Below, in pieces: positions 1-8,670 of a stretch of DNA of 26,337 bases. The notes under the pieces are model-generated. The model made no database searches, had not been told where the DNA came from, and saw only the letters and a program-made list of their open reading frames with translations. How positions within the stretch are numbered: position 1 is the first letter of the stretch; every line of letters begins with the position of its first letter. The DNA is from Conexibacter woesei (lineage in GTDB: Bacteria > Actinomycetota > Thermoleophilia > Solirubrobacterales > 70-9), in assembly GCA_040391885.1 (NCBI GenBank), contig JBEBXB010000001.1:1-26337 (forward strand), given 5' to 3'. Both the position numbers and the translations under genes were made by a program.

Positions 1-2
1 TG

Positions 3-536
3 GGCTGGAACGCCTCGGACACCCACCCGCTCACCTTCAGCGGCGCCCGGGTCCCGGAGTCGAACCTGCTCGGCCCGCGCGGCATGGGCTTCAAGCAGTT
101 CCTGCAGATCCTCGACGGCGGCCGCATCGGGGTCGCCGCGATGTCGGTCGGCGTCGCCCAGGGCGCGCTGGACGAGGCGATCAAGTACGCGAAGGAGCGC
201 CAGGCCTTCGGCAAGTCGATCTCCAAGTTCCAGGCGATCCAAGCGAAGATCGCCGACATCTCCTCCCAGCTCGAAGCGGCCCGCCTGCTCACCTACAAGG
301 CGGCCATCGAGAAGGACCGGGGCGAGAACTTCACGCTTACCGCCGCCCAGGCCAAGCTGATCACCGGCCGCCTGGCCGTGCGGGCCACCGAGGAAGCGGT
401 CCAGATCCACGGCGGCTACGGCTTCATCGAGGAGTACCCCGTCTGCCGGTTCTACCGCGACGCCAAGATCCTCACCATCGGCGAGGGCACCGACGAGGTC
501 CAGCAGATGGTCATCGCCCGCGCCCTCGGCTGCTAG
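3..536 (+). CDS. Acyl-CoA dehydrogenase, C-terminal part (5' end lies outside the window)
   Basis: The frame is open from base 3 (GWNASDTHPLTFSGARVP...). It contains ACAD motifs LDGGRIGVAA, RQAFGKSISKFQAIQ, AVQIHGGYGF and IGEGTDEVQ. Confidence 0.95.
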   Translation, partial: GWNASDTHPLTFSGARVPESNLLGPRGMGFKQFLQILDGGRIGVAAMSVGVAQGALDEAIKYAKERQAFGKSISKFQAIQAKIADISSQLEAARLLTYKAAIEKDRGENFTLTAAQAKLITGRLAVRATEEAVQIHGGYGFIEEYPVCRFYRDAKILTIGEGTDEVQQMVIARALGC

Positions 537-564
537 CCGCAGGGATTAGCCGCAGGGGTACCGG

Positions 565-1119
565 TCAGTCGCCCACCGCGAAGGTGAGGTGGGCGAACTG
601 GCCGTGCTGCTCGGCGCTGACCAGGCTGAGCCGGTCGGAGAGCAGCTCGGCCGGGAAAAGCGGCGCGCCCCCGGCCAGCGCCACCGGCGCGACCGAGATC
701 TGAATCTCGTCCAGGGCCCCGGCGGCCAGGAACTGGGCGGCAAGATCGCCGCCGCCGATCACCCAGACATCCCTTCCGCCCGCGGCTTGCCGGATGCGAT
801 CGAGATGCCCGGAGACGTCGCCCCGGAGCAACGTGATGTCGGCGCCTTCGGGTCTCGGCAGGTCGCGGCTGGTGAAGACGAAGCTGGGACGTTCGCCGTA
901 CAGCTCCCGCCATTTCTCCGGCTGCTCGATCAGGTTCTCGTGTTCGAGGACCCATTCGTAGGTGGTCGACCCGGAGACCAACGCGCCGATGCCGTCGAAG
1001 AACGACGCGAAGTCGACGTCGTCGGGAGAGCCGACGGCGAACAGCCAGTCGAGCGAGTTCTCGGGCGTGGCTATGTAGCCGTTGAAGCTGGTCGCCGTGT
1101 AGTAGATGACCCTGGTCAT
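565..1119 (-). CDS. Dihydrofolate reductase / RibD C-terminal family protein
   Basis: Motifs YYTATSFNGYIA, GSTTYEW, DVWVIGGGDLAAQF and LDEIQISVAPV. GGAAGG lies upstream of the ATG. Confidence 0.9.
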   Translation of the reverse strand: MTRVIYYTATSFNGYIATPENSLDWLFAVGSPDDVDFASFFDGIGALVSGSTTYEWVLEHENLIEQPEKWRELYGERPSFVFTSRDLPRPEGADITLLRGDVSGHLDRIRQAAGGRDVWVIGGGDLAAQFLAAGALDEIQISVAPVALAGGAPLFPAELLSDRLSLVSAEQHGQFAHLTFAVGD

Positions 1120-1153
1120 GCCGAACCTTCCGGACGCGGCCCAGGCTGCGGCC

Positions 1154-1648
1154 TCAGGCCGGAGCCTGGGCGGTGACGGCCGTGGCGGGCCGCTCCTTGA
1201 TCTCGGCCCCGCGGCCGACGGTGTCGGGGATGCCGTAGTAGGCCAGGACCTGCTGCTCCTGCTCGCGATTGAGCGGCATCGTCGGATCGACGGCAGGCGC
1301 GTTGCGGATCACCTCACGGTCATGCGGCACCCAGACCCGGCCCGCGGCGGCGGCGCACTCACGAACCGAGATCGGCACGACCTTCCCGAACCTTCCCAGC
1401 TTCGCGAGCACCCAGGCGGGATCGCCCGATTCCTGGTCGACGAACAGACCTTCGACGCGGGCGACCGAGTGGCCCGAGATCTCGTCGACCCGGTACCCCT
1501 CCCACGCCTTCACGTCCTCCAGGCTCGGTTGTGGCGGCGGGGCGGCGGTCAGGGCATTGGCGCGAGCGCTGGCCCCCGAGTCCTTCCCTTCGTTGATCCT
1601 CGCCTCAACGGTGTCGTTCTCACCGGGTCCAACCTTGGAATCACTCAT
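1154..1648 (-). CDS. PRC-barrel domain protein
   Basis: The WEGYRV...VEGLFVD..SGDPAWV...GRFG...VP...RVWVP.D...IRNAP...EQ..LAYYG pattern is typical of actinobacterial PRC-barrel proteins. The ATG at 1648 (or GTG at 1651) overlaps the meaB stop and has GGAGAGGG upstream. Confidence 0.8.
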   Translation of the reverse strand: MSDSKVGPGENDTVEARINEGKDSGASARANALTAAPPPQPSLEDVKAWEGYRVDEISGHSVARVEGLFVDQESGDPAWVLAKLGRFGKVVPISVRECAAAAGRVWVPHDREVIRNAPAVDPTMPLNREQEQQVLAYYGIPDTVGRGAEIKERPATAVTAQAPA

Positions 1649-2606
1649 CACCCTCTCCTTCCAGAAGCTCGGCGGCCGCTGACGCCGGATCCAGTTCGCG
1701 GCTCACCACTCGGTCCAACAGCTCGGCCACGCGGGGATCATCCTCGATCGCCGCTTCGAGCCGCCGCCGCAGACGCGCGGTCGCGATGCCCAGCACCTCG
1801 CTGCGGAGGTTACGGGCCCGTCGCTCGGCCAGGGTACCTTCACCTTCGATGAAGGCGCGGTGCTCCGCGATCTTCTCGGCGAGCTCGGCCACGCCCTCTC
1901 CGCGAGCGGCCTCGGTCCGGAGTATCGGCACCCGCCAGCCACCCGGCACGTGGGCAAGCGAAAGAGCCCCGCGCACCTCGCGGACCATGGTGTCGGTCAT
2001 CGGGTGATCCGACTTGTTGACCACGATCACGTCAGGAATCTCCATGACCCCGGCCTTGAGCGCCTGGATCGAGTCGCCGGAGCCGGGCATCAACGCCAGC
2101 ACGATGGTGTCGGCGTGGTCGACGATGTCGATCTCCCCTTGGCCGACACCGACCGTCTCGATCAGGACGTCGTCCTTGCCGGACGCATCCATGACCAGAG
2201 CGGCTTGCAAGGCGGCTTCGGAGAGCCCTCCCAGCGCCCCGCGAGAAGCCATCGAACGGATGAAGACACCGCCGTCGAGGAAGTGCTCGGTCAGGCGTAT
2301 GCGGTCCCCGAGCAGGGCACCCTGCGTGAAGGGGCTGGAGGGATCGATCGCCAGCACCGCGACCTGCCGGTCCTCCTTGCGCAGCTCACCGGACAGCGCG
2401 CCGACGAGGGTGCTCTTGCCGACCCCAGGGGGGCCGGTGAAGCCGACGATCCGGGCCTTGCCGGTCTTCGGGTAGATCTCACGGACCAGATCCCAGCCGG
2501 CAGGATCGTCGTTCTCGATCAATGTGATCGCCCGGGCGAGGGCCCGTTTGTCTCCTGCGAGGAGCCGTTCGGCGAGCGAACTGGTTGTGGCGGGTGCGTC
2601 GTTCAT
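1641..2606 (-). CDS. meaB: Methylmalonyl-CoA mutase-associated GTPase MeaB/ArgK
   Basis: Motifs ALARAITLIEN, Walker A GPPGVGKST, DPSSPFTQGALLGDRIR, ETVGVGQ, GDSIQALKAGVMEI and NKSD. Confidence 0.95.
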   Translation of the reverse strand: MNDAPATTSSLAERLLAGDKRALARAITLIENDDPAGWDLVREIYPKTGKARIVGFTGPPGVGKSTLVGALSGELRKEDRQVAVLAIDPSSPFTQGALLGDRIRLTEHFLDGGVFIRSMASRGALGGLSEAALQAALVMDASGKDDVLIETVGVGQGEIDIVDHADTIVLALMPGSGDSIQALKAGVMEIPDVIVVNKSDHPMTDTMVREVRGALSLAHVPGGWRVPILRTEAARGEGVAELAEKIAEHRAFIEGEGTLAERRARNLRSEVLGIATARLRRRLEAAIEDDPRVAELLDRVVSRELDPASAAAELLEGEGDE

Positions 2607-2616
2607 CGTTCACGCC

Positions 2617-2622
2617 AGTCTA
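2617..2622 (-). promoter_or_regulatory. Candidate -10 box TAGACT for meaB
   Basis: TANNNT hexamer 10 nt upstream of the meaB ATG. No SD is visible. Confidence 0.4.
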
Positions 2623-2712
2623 AGACCTGAACCGGCACCCGAAGCCGGGTGGGCGCCGCCGGCCTTGTCGGCCCCTCCCAATGGCCGGGGCCTCAATAGA
2701 GTTTCCGGCGAA

Positions 2713-3369
2713 TTGTCTCGCTCACTCTCCTTCTTTGCCCGCAACCGGATGCTCCGGCCGAAGTACGCCCGCCTTTTCTGGCGTTACCTCTGGCGGCGCC
2801 TGGCCACGCGCTCGGGTTGGCGGTGGCGGACGGACGGCCCGGTCTTCTTCGGGAGAAAGCTCGCCCTTCAGACGGGGAGCACGGGATCGATCCGGTTCGG
2901 CCGCTGGGTCTGGATCGGCGACGGCACCAAGATCCGGTGCCATGAGGGCACCGTCGAGATCGGCGACAAGACCGTCTTCGGCCAGGAATGCACCATCTCC
3001 TGCTATCAGCGCGTGCGGATCGGCCCGGAGTGCGTGATCGCCGATCGCACCATGTTCATCGACTTCGACCACGGGGTCGTCGACGTCGAGCGCCCGATCC
3101 GGAGCCAGGGGATCTACAAGGAGGATGTGATCGTCGGCGCCAATGTCTGGATCGGCTACGGGGCGGCGATCCTGCGGGGCGTGCGGGTCGGCGACAACGC
3201 CGTGATCGGCACCAACTCGGTGGTCACGCGGGACGTCCCGGCGAACGCCGTGGTCGGTGGAGTGCCCGCCCGGGTCCTGCGGATGCGCGACACCCCGGAG
3301 CGGCTGGCATGGCCTGATCCGGTCGAACCGGAACCGGGCGCGCCCGGCGTCATGCCGATCCCCGAGTAG
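2713..3369 (+). CDS. Hexapeptide-repeat (LbH) acyltransferase, Rv3034c-like
   Basis: GRWVWIGDGTKIRCHEG..EIGDKTVFG, DFDHG...PIRSQGIYK and VWIG..AAILRGVRVGDNAVIG repeats match my recollection of Rv3034c. The start is uncertain (TTG 2713 or ATG 2749). The ORF-track start at 2524 overlaps meaB and was rejected. TAGAGT (TANNNT) lies at 2697-2702. Confidence 0.88.
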   Translation: MSRSLSFFARNRMLRPKYARLFWRYLWRRLATRSGWRWRTDGPVFFGRKLALQTGSTGSIRFGRWVWIGDGTKIRCHEGTVEIGDKTVFGQECTISCYQRVRIGPECVIADRTMFIDFDHGVVDVERPIRSQGIYKEDVIVGANVWIGYGAAILRGVRVGDNAVIGTNSVVTRDVPANAVVGGVPARVLRMRDTPERLAWPDPVEPEPGAPGVMPIPE

Positions 3370-3409
3370 TCCGGAAGCCGAGCGAGCCTGAGGGCGGTCC
3401 GGCGGGCGT

Positions 3410-3892
3410 TCAGGTCCGATCCTCGGCGAGCCGGGCCAGCAGAGCCTCGGCGGCCGCCTCGTTGATCTCGGCGCTCTGGCGATTGAAGCGGGTCAGCAGC
3501 TCGAAATCGTGGGCATCCAGACCGTCGAGGATCTCGGCCGACCTCTCGACCAACGGCGTGTAGTGGATCCGGGCCGCCGAGCGTCCCTCGTCGGTCACCT
3601 CGACCAGGACCCGCCTCCGGTCCCCTGGGTCGGATGCCCGCCGCGCATACCCTTTGGCCTCCAGCCGGTCGATCACCGCGGTCACGGCGCCGCTGGTCAG
3701 GCCGACCGACCGGCCGAGCTCTCCGGCCGGCATGGGGCCTTGGTGATCGAGCACGTCGAAGCAACGTCCGTCGGTGCGATTCAGCCCGAGTGCCCGGCAT
3801 ACGACATCGTCGAATTTCTCGACCGCGATCTGGTAGTCGCGGATCGCCTTGATCAGGTTTGGGAGCAGCTCGTCGCGGGCATCATCACTCAT
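3410..3892 (-). CDS. MarR family transcriptional regulator
   Basis: Motif LGLNRTD..CFDVL...GPM.AGELGR..GLTSGAVTAVIDRLEAKGYARR..DPGDRRRVLV. The start is ATG 3892 or ATG 3934. Confidence 0.93.
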   Translation of the reverse strand: MSDDARDELLPNLIKAIRDYQIAVEKFDDVVCRALGLNRTDGRCFDVLDHQGPMPAGELGRSVGLTSGAVTAVIDRLEAKGYARRASDPGDRRRVLVEVTDEGRSAARIHYTPLVERSAEILDGLDAHDFELLTRFNRQSAEINEAAAEALLARLAEDRT

Positions 3893-3938
3893 CGTCGTTT
3901 CCGATCCCGGCCGTCGCCGGCCGGCACTCGACATGTTC

Positions 3939-3955
3939 TCTTAGTTGCTAAGATA
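3939..3955. promoter_or_regulatory. Putative MarR operator overlapping divergent -10 boxes
   Basis: Perfect inverted repeat TCTTAG-N3-CTAAGA at 3939-3953 in an AT-rich spacer. TAAGAT (+, 3949-3954) and TATCTT (-, 3950-3955) both fit TANNNT. Confidence 0.65.
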
Positions 3956-4012
3956 CTCGATCTTCTAATGAATCTGAAAGCGATGGCGTCATCGGGGCGT
4001 CCGAAGGAATAG

Positions 4013-5026
4013 ATGACTGAGCAGAAAGCGATCGAGGTCCTCGACCTCGCCAAGCAGTACGGGGACGAGATCCAGGCCCTGGACGGGGTTTCCTTCTCGG
4101 TGGAGCCCGGCACCGTGTTCGGCCTGCTCGGGCCCAACGGGGCCGGCAAGTCCACCTGCGTCAAGATCCTCACCACCCTCTCCCACCCGACCTCCGGCAC
4201 CGCCGCCGTGATGGGCTTCGACGTCCTCACCCAGGGAGCCGAGGTGCGCAACCGGATCGGGGTGGTCGCCCAGAGCTCGACCGCCGACCGCGAGGCCACC
4301 GCGCGCGAGAACCTCCGTCTCCAGGGCCAGCTCTACCGCATGAAGGGCAAGGACCTCGAGTCGCGGATCGACGGGCTGCTCACCGACTTCAACCTGGCCG
4401 ATTCCGCGGATCGGATCGTGCGCGGGTTCTCCGGCGGGATGGAACGCCGGCTTACGATCGCCATGGCCCTGGTCCACAGGCCGGAGATCCTCTTCCTCGA
4501 CGAACCGACCACCGGGCTGGACCCCGAGGTACGTGCGGAGATGTGGGAAGAGATCTCCACCCTGGCGTCCCGCGAGGGAATGACCATCCTGCTGACGACG
4601 CACTACCTGGAAGAGGCCGACAACCTCGCCGCCAATCTGGCGATCGTGGATCGCGGCAAGATCGTGGCGGAGGGCTCCCCCGAGGAGCTCAAGCGTGGCC
4701 TCAAGGGCGACGCGATCCATGTCGAGATCGGTGCCGCGGTGACCGAAGAGGCCGTGATTGCGGCCTTGGCCCGGGTCGACGGCGTCGGCGAGGTCATCCT
4801 CAACGAACGCACCCTCCACGCCCGTGCGGCCGACGGGGCCCGTTCGGTGCCTTCGATCCTGCAGACCCTCGACGCGGCGGGGATAACCGCCGATTCGGTG
4901 ACCGTCTCCCGGCCTTCGCTGGATGACGTCTACCTGAAGTACGCCGGACGCACGATGGAGCAGGCCGAGAAGTCGGATGCCGACCAGAAGAAACCCGGCT
5001 CCGACCGTGAGGAGGTGACCGCGTGA
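4013..5026 (+). CDS. ABC transporter ATP-binding subunit, DrrA family
   Basis: Walker A GPNGAGKST, signature FSGGMERRL, Walker B ILFLDEPT and TTHY. SD GAAGGA lies upstream. Confidence 0.95.
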   Translation: MTEQKAIEVLDLAKQYGDEIQALDGVSFSVEPGTVFGLLGPNGAGKSTCVKILTTLSHPTSGTAAVMGFDVLTQGAEVRNRIGVVAQSSTADREATARENLRLQGQLYRMKGKDLESRIDGLLTDFNLADSADRIVRGFSGGMERRLTIAMALVHRPEILFLDEPTTGLDPEVRAEMWEEISTLASREGMTILLTTHYLEEADNLAANLAIVDRGKIVAEGSPEELKRGLKGDAIHVEIGAAVTEEAVIAALARVDGVGEVILNERTLHARAADGARSVPSILQTLDAAGITADSVTVSRPSLDDVYLKYAGRTMEQAEKSDADQKKPGSDREEVTA

Positions 5027-5802
5027 ACGCCATGCTCGATACCTGGCACATGGCTCAGCGCCACATCCGGGCCCTGCTCCGGCAGCCCTGGTGGATCGTC
5101 GTCACGCTGATCCAGCCGATCATCTGGCTGGTCCTCTTCGGTGGTCTTTTCGAGACGATGGAGAACACGCCCGGCTGGCCCGAGGGGGTCAGCTTCCTTG
5201 AGTTCATCACTCCCGGGGTGATCGTGATGACCGCGTTCTTCTCGGCCGGCTGGGGCGGCATGAGCATGATCGAGGACCTCAACCGGGGGATCATCGACCG
5301 CTTCCTGGTCTCCCCCGCCAAACGCTCCTCGATCATCATGGGAGCGCTGCTGCAGAGCGCCCTCAGCGTCTCGATCCAGTCGGTGATCGTGCTCGTCCTG
5401 GCCCTGATCATGGGTGCGAGCTACCCGAACGGGATCGGCGGGCTGATCCTCCTGATCCTGATCGCGGCACTGGTCGGATTCGGATTCGGCGCCTTCTCCA
5501 ACGGCTTGGCCCTGATCATCCGCAAGGAGGAGAGCCTGATCGCGATGATGCAGTTCCTGCTGCTGCCGCTGACCTTCATGGCCGCGGCCTTCATCCCGCT
5601 CGATCTCGCACCCGACTGGATCGGCTCGGTCGCGAAGTTCAATCCCGTGAACTGGGGGATCGAAGCCGGCCGTTCGGCGGCGATGGACCCCTCGCCCGAC
5701 TGGGGACTGATCACCAGCCGGGTCGGGCTGCTGATCGTCTTCGGTGCCCTGATGGCCACCTTCGCCACCCGCGCCTTTCGTTCGTACCAGCGAACGGTCT
5801 GA
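5023..5802 (+). CDS. ABC-2 type permease, DrrB family
   Basis: Several hydrophobic helices, plus LIQPIIWLVLFG, EDLNRGIIDRFLVSP and FNPVNW. The GTG start overlaps the ATPase stop (GTGA). Confidence 0.93.
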   Translation: MNAMLDTWHMAQRHIRALLRQPWWIVVTLIQPIIWLVLFGGLFETMENTPGWPEGVSFLEFITPGVIVMTAFFSAGWGGMSMIEDLNRGIIDRFLVSPAKRSSIIMGALLQSALSVSIQSVIVLVLALIMGASYPNGIGGLILLILIAALVGFGFGAFSNGLALIIRKEESLIAMMQFLLLPLTFMAAAFIPLDLAPDWIGSVAKFNPVNWGIEAGRSAAMDPSPDWGLITSRVGLLIVFGALMATFATRAFRSYQRTV

Positions 5803-5817
5803 TTCCCGAGGTGGCCC

Positions 5818-5845
5818 GGATTCACCGCTCCGGCGCGGTGGATCC
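5818..5845. terminator. Hairpin between convergent genes, probable terminator
   Basis: GGATTCACCGC-TCCGGC-GCGGTGGATCC forms an 11-bp stem with one T-G pair. A weaker AGCCC...GGGCT stem follows at 5846-5867. There is no U-tract. Confidence 0.55.
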
Positions 5846-5890
5846 AGCCCGCCTCGGGGGTTGGGCTTGGGGAAGGTTCAGGGAACTGCG

Positions 5891-5938
5891 GCTGTGGCCC
5901 GGGCTGTGGCCCGGGCTGTGGCCCGAGCTGTGGCCCGC
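5891..5938. repeat. 12-bp tandem repeat x4, GCTGTGGCCCG(G/G/A/C)
   Basis: Read directly, with copies starting at 5891, 5903, 5915 and 5927. Confidence 0.97.
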
Positions 5939-5955
5939 TTTGACATGGCCGCAGC

Positions 5956-7155
5956 TCAGAGAGCCGCGTCGGCCGGCTGCTTGCCGACTTCCCGGTACAG
6001 CGCGAGCGTCCGGCCGGCGACGTCGTCCCAGTCGAAGCGGCGGATGTGGTCCAGGCCCTCCTGGACCATGCGACGGCTCAGATCCTCGTCGGAGAGGACC
6101 TGGATCGCGGCTTCCGCCAGGTGCTCCGGATCCTTGGCCCGGAATCGCAGTCCGGCGCCCTCCAGCGGCACGACCTCCCGCAGGCCGCCGGTGTCGGCGG
6201 CGATGCATGGGCACTCGGAGGCCATCGCCTCGAGGGCGACCAGGCCGAAGGGCTCATAGATCGAAGGGACCACCGTCAGGTCGGCGATCCGGTAGAGCGA
6301 GTGGAGGACGTCGTCCCCGATCCAGCCGAGGAAGGTGCCGTGGCTCATCAGCCCCAGCTCTTCGGCCTGCTTGTGGAGCTCGGCCTCGTGGGTGCCGGAG
6401 CCGGCCACCAGGAAGCGGGTGTTCGGCATCGCCTCGATCACGGCGGGCATCGCCTCGAGCGCGAGCTGGAAGCCCTTCTCGTATACGAGGCGGCCGATCA
6501 GGAGGACGAGGTTCTCCTCCGGTGAGGCGAACTCGGAACGCAGCCGGGCCAGCTCGGCCGGGTCGTCGGCGGGAAGGTCGTCCGGATCGATCCCGTTGGG
6601 GATCACCGTGATCCGGCCCTCTTCGACGGCGAAGATGTCGGCCACCTGCTCACGCATGAAGTCGGAGCAGGTGATCACCCGGTCGGAGCGGTTGGCGATC
6701 CACTTCTCGACCCCGTGGATGTGCGACTGGGGGTGCTTGTCGACCCATCCCTGGTGGCGGCCGAACTCGGTTGCGTGGATCGTCGTGACCAGGGGGCAGC
6801 CGTAGCGGCGGGCCAGGTGGTCGCAGGCGCCGGCGACGAGCCAGTCGTGCCCGTGGACGAGATCGAAGTCGTAGCGGTCGCCGAGCTCCACGCCGGCGGC
6901 GAGCATGTCGGAGTTCATCCGCTCGACCCAGGTGACGAACTCGGCCAGGTCGGTCGGCCGCTCCGGCTCGACGATGCGGTGGATCTGGACCCCGGCCATC
7001 GTCTCTTCGACGGTCGCCTGCTCCCCACCGCGGGTGAGCACGTGGACTTCGACCCCGAGACGGATCAGCGCCTCCGAAAGCTTGCGGACGTGACGGGCGA
7101 GCCCACCCTCGATCAGCGGCGGGTACTCCCAGGTGACGATCAGTACGCGATTCAA
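5956..7155 (-). CDS. GT4 glycosyltransferase, Rv3032-like alpha-1,4-glucosyltransferase
   Basis: Motifs WEYPP...GGLARHV, HGHDWLV, TIHATE.GRHQGW, GRLVYEKG and PSIYEPFGLVALEA. The TTG start is uncertain. Confidence 0.93.
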   Translation of the reverse strand: MNRVLIVTWEYPPLIEGGLARHVRKLSEALIRLGVEVHVLTRGGEQATVEETMAGVQIHRIVEPERPTDLAEFVTWVERMNSDMLAAGVELGDRYDFDLVHGHDWLVAGACDHLARRYGCPLVTTIHATEFGRHQGWVDKHPQSHIHGVEKWIANRSDRVITCSDFMREQVADIFAVEEGRITVIPNGIDPDDLPADDPAELARLRSEFASPEENLVLLIGRLVYEKGFQLALEAMPAVIEAMPNTRFLVAGSGTHEAELHKQAEELGLMSHGTFLGWIGDDVLHSLYRIADLTVVPSIYEPFGLVALEAMASECPCIAADTGGLREVVPLEGAGLRFRAKDPEHLAEAAIQVLSDEDLSRRMVQEGLDHIRRFDWDDVAGRTLALYREVGKQPADAAL

Positions 7156-7224
7156 ATTGGTTCCGGGAGTTCGGGCGTCAGGGCCGTTGGGCGAGATTGG
7201 GTGGCGGATGAGGACTGGGCGGTG

Positions 7225-8670
7225 TCAGGGAACCAACATCGGGGCGAGGCTCAGATCCGGGGCGAGCGCACGTACCCGTGTATCCACCTGTACACCGACA
7301 TCGGATTGTAGGGCCTCGAAAGCGCTCCTGGTGTGCAGCAGCACACGCTCGAAGGGATAATCCCCCGCTTGGCGGCGCCCGTCGAGGAAAGCCCAATCGC
7401 TGGACTGGACCATCATCAACTCCCTTGCGGCCCGTTCGGCCGCATCCCGCGGGATGCCCCGGTTGATCGCCTCGGTGACTCTCAGCTCCAGGCGCCGCGT
7501 CCCCCAAGCCAGGTCCGAGACAGCCGGGGAGTCCCAGGTCCGGAAGTCCTTCTCCTCTCCCCAGGTCGAGGCGGGCAGGGGTACCGCGCGAACGGAGCCA
7601 TCGCCTTCTGAGCCGTCCTTCCCGGTCCGCTCGGCGGCCGCCTGGTCCAGGGTCACGAGCCGGATCCCGGCCGCTTCCGCCCCGGCAAGCACCTGCTCCA
7701 ACCAGATCGGCCCCTCGGCCCACCAGTGCCCGAGGAGCTCGCAGTCGAAGGCGAAGGTCATCAATCCCCGGTCGCCGGTGCGTGCCCGGTAGCCGTCGAG
7801 ACGCTCGGCCGCCGCCGTCAGGAACTCCTCGGCCTGCCCGGCCGCCCGTTCGCGGGCCGCTTCGGCGTCGTAGGGCTCGCCGTCGATGCGAAAGATGTGG
7901 ACCCCGTTCATGGAGAGCCGGTGGAAGTCCCGGTAGCCAGGCCAGGACGGATACCCCTTCATGTCCCAGAGCCACGAGATAGCGGTCCAGTCGATGGTGA
8001 AGGCCAACGGCCCGGCCGGGGTCCGCACCGGCGCCAGGCAGTCGTCGCCGCTCCCTTGCCGACTCTGGTCGACGCAGAACCACTCGACCCCATTTCGCCC
8101 GAGCGCTCCGTCCAGACCGGGTCTCCAGGCGCATTCCGGCAGCCAGAATCCGCCGGTCCACCCAAAGCGGCGTTCGTGGGACGCGGTTCCGGTCGTGATC
8201 TGCAGGTCGATCCCGGCCCGGGTGGCGAGCAGCGGCAGGATCGCGTGGGTGGCGCTCGATGCGGCCATCGCGACCCGGCCGGAGCGGCCAGCCTCGCGGA
8301 AGGCGGAGAGAGGATCGCAGTCGGCCGCATCGAGCAGCTCCAACGCCCGGGCGTACCGAGCCACTTCGGTCTCGGCCGCGACCCGAAAGCGTGGCTCGGC
8401 GGTCTCGACATCCCGTTCCGCGGCCCGCAGCCGATGATCGACCAGGAACTCACGCAACCGCTCCGCCACGCCGGGGGCCTCCATCTGGTCTGCCAGCACC
8501 GGGGTGACGGTGAAGGTCACGTCCTCGGCAATATCCAGCACCGGCAGATAGGACCGCACCACGGCGTCGAACAGCCACTCCTCGCCGAACGGGTAGGTGC
8601 CGTGCCCCTCGACGTAGGGCATGTGGGAGTGGAGGACGATCGCTAGATCGCCCACCCCCCGGTCAGGCAT
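7225..8670 (-). CDS. GH57 family 1,4-alpha-glucan branching enzyme (DUF1957), Rv3031-like
   Basis: Motifs VLHSHMPYV, GEEWLF, WLPEC (catalytic Glu), YRDFH, FDCELLGHWW.EG (catalytic Asp) and SSDWAF. The ATG overlaps the upstream stop (ATGCCTGA). Confidence 0.92.
   Translation of the reverse strand: MPDRGVGDLAIVLHSHMPYVEGHGTYPFGEEWLFDAVVRSYLPVLDIAEDVTFTVTPVLADQMEAPGVAERLREFLVDHRLRAAERDVETAEPRFRVAAETEVARYARALELLDAADCDPLSAFREAGRSGRVAMAASSATHAILPLLATRAGIDLQITTGTASHERRFGWTGGFWLPECAWRPGLDGALGRNGVEWFCVDQSRQGSGDDCLAPVRTPAGPLAFTIDWTAISWLWDMKGYPSWPGYRDFHRLSMNGVHIFRIDGEPYDAEAARERAAGQAEEFLTAAAERLDGYRARTGDRGLMTFAFDCELLGHWWAEGPIWLEQVLAGAEAAGIRLVTLDQAAAERTGKDGSEGDGSVRAVPLPASTWGEEKDFRTWDSPAVSDLAWGTRRLELRVTEAINRGIPRDAAERAARELMMVQSSDWAFLDGRRQAGDYPFERVLLHTRSAFEALQSDVGVQVDTRVRALAPDLSLAPMLVP

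Noticed and set aside
534-557. 11-bp direct repeat TAGCCGCAGGG x2 at the ACAD stop
   Set aside because: It is a short local duplication between convergent genes with no evidence of function or of an inserted element.
5891-5938. Repeat array as a possible CRISPR
   Set aside because: The 12-bp units are contiguous with no spacers, and there are no cas genes.
7156-7227. GH57 and GT4 are in the same frame, with 23 stop-free codons after a single TGA (possible readthrough fusion)
   Set aside because: In-frame spacing has a 1-in-3 chance, and short stop-free runs are common at this GC content. The mycobacterial counterparts are separate proteins, and no recoding signal is evident.
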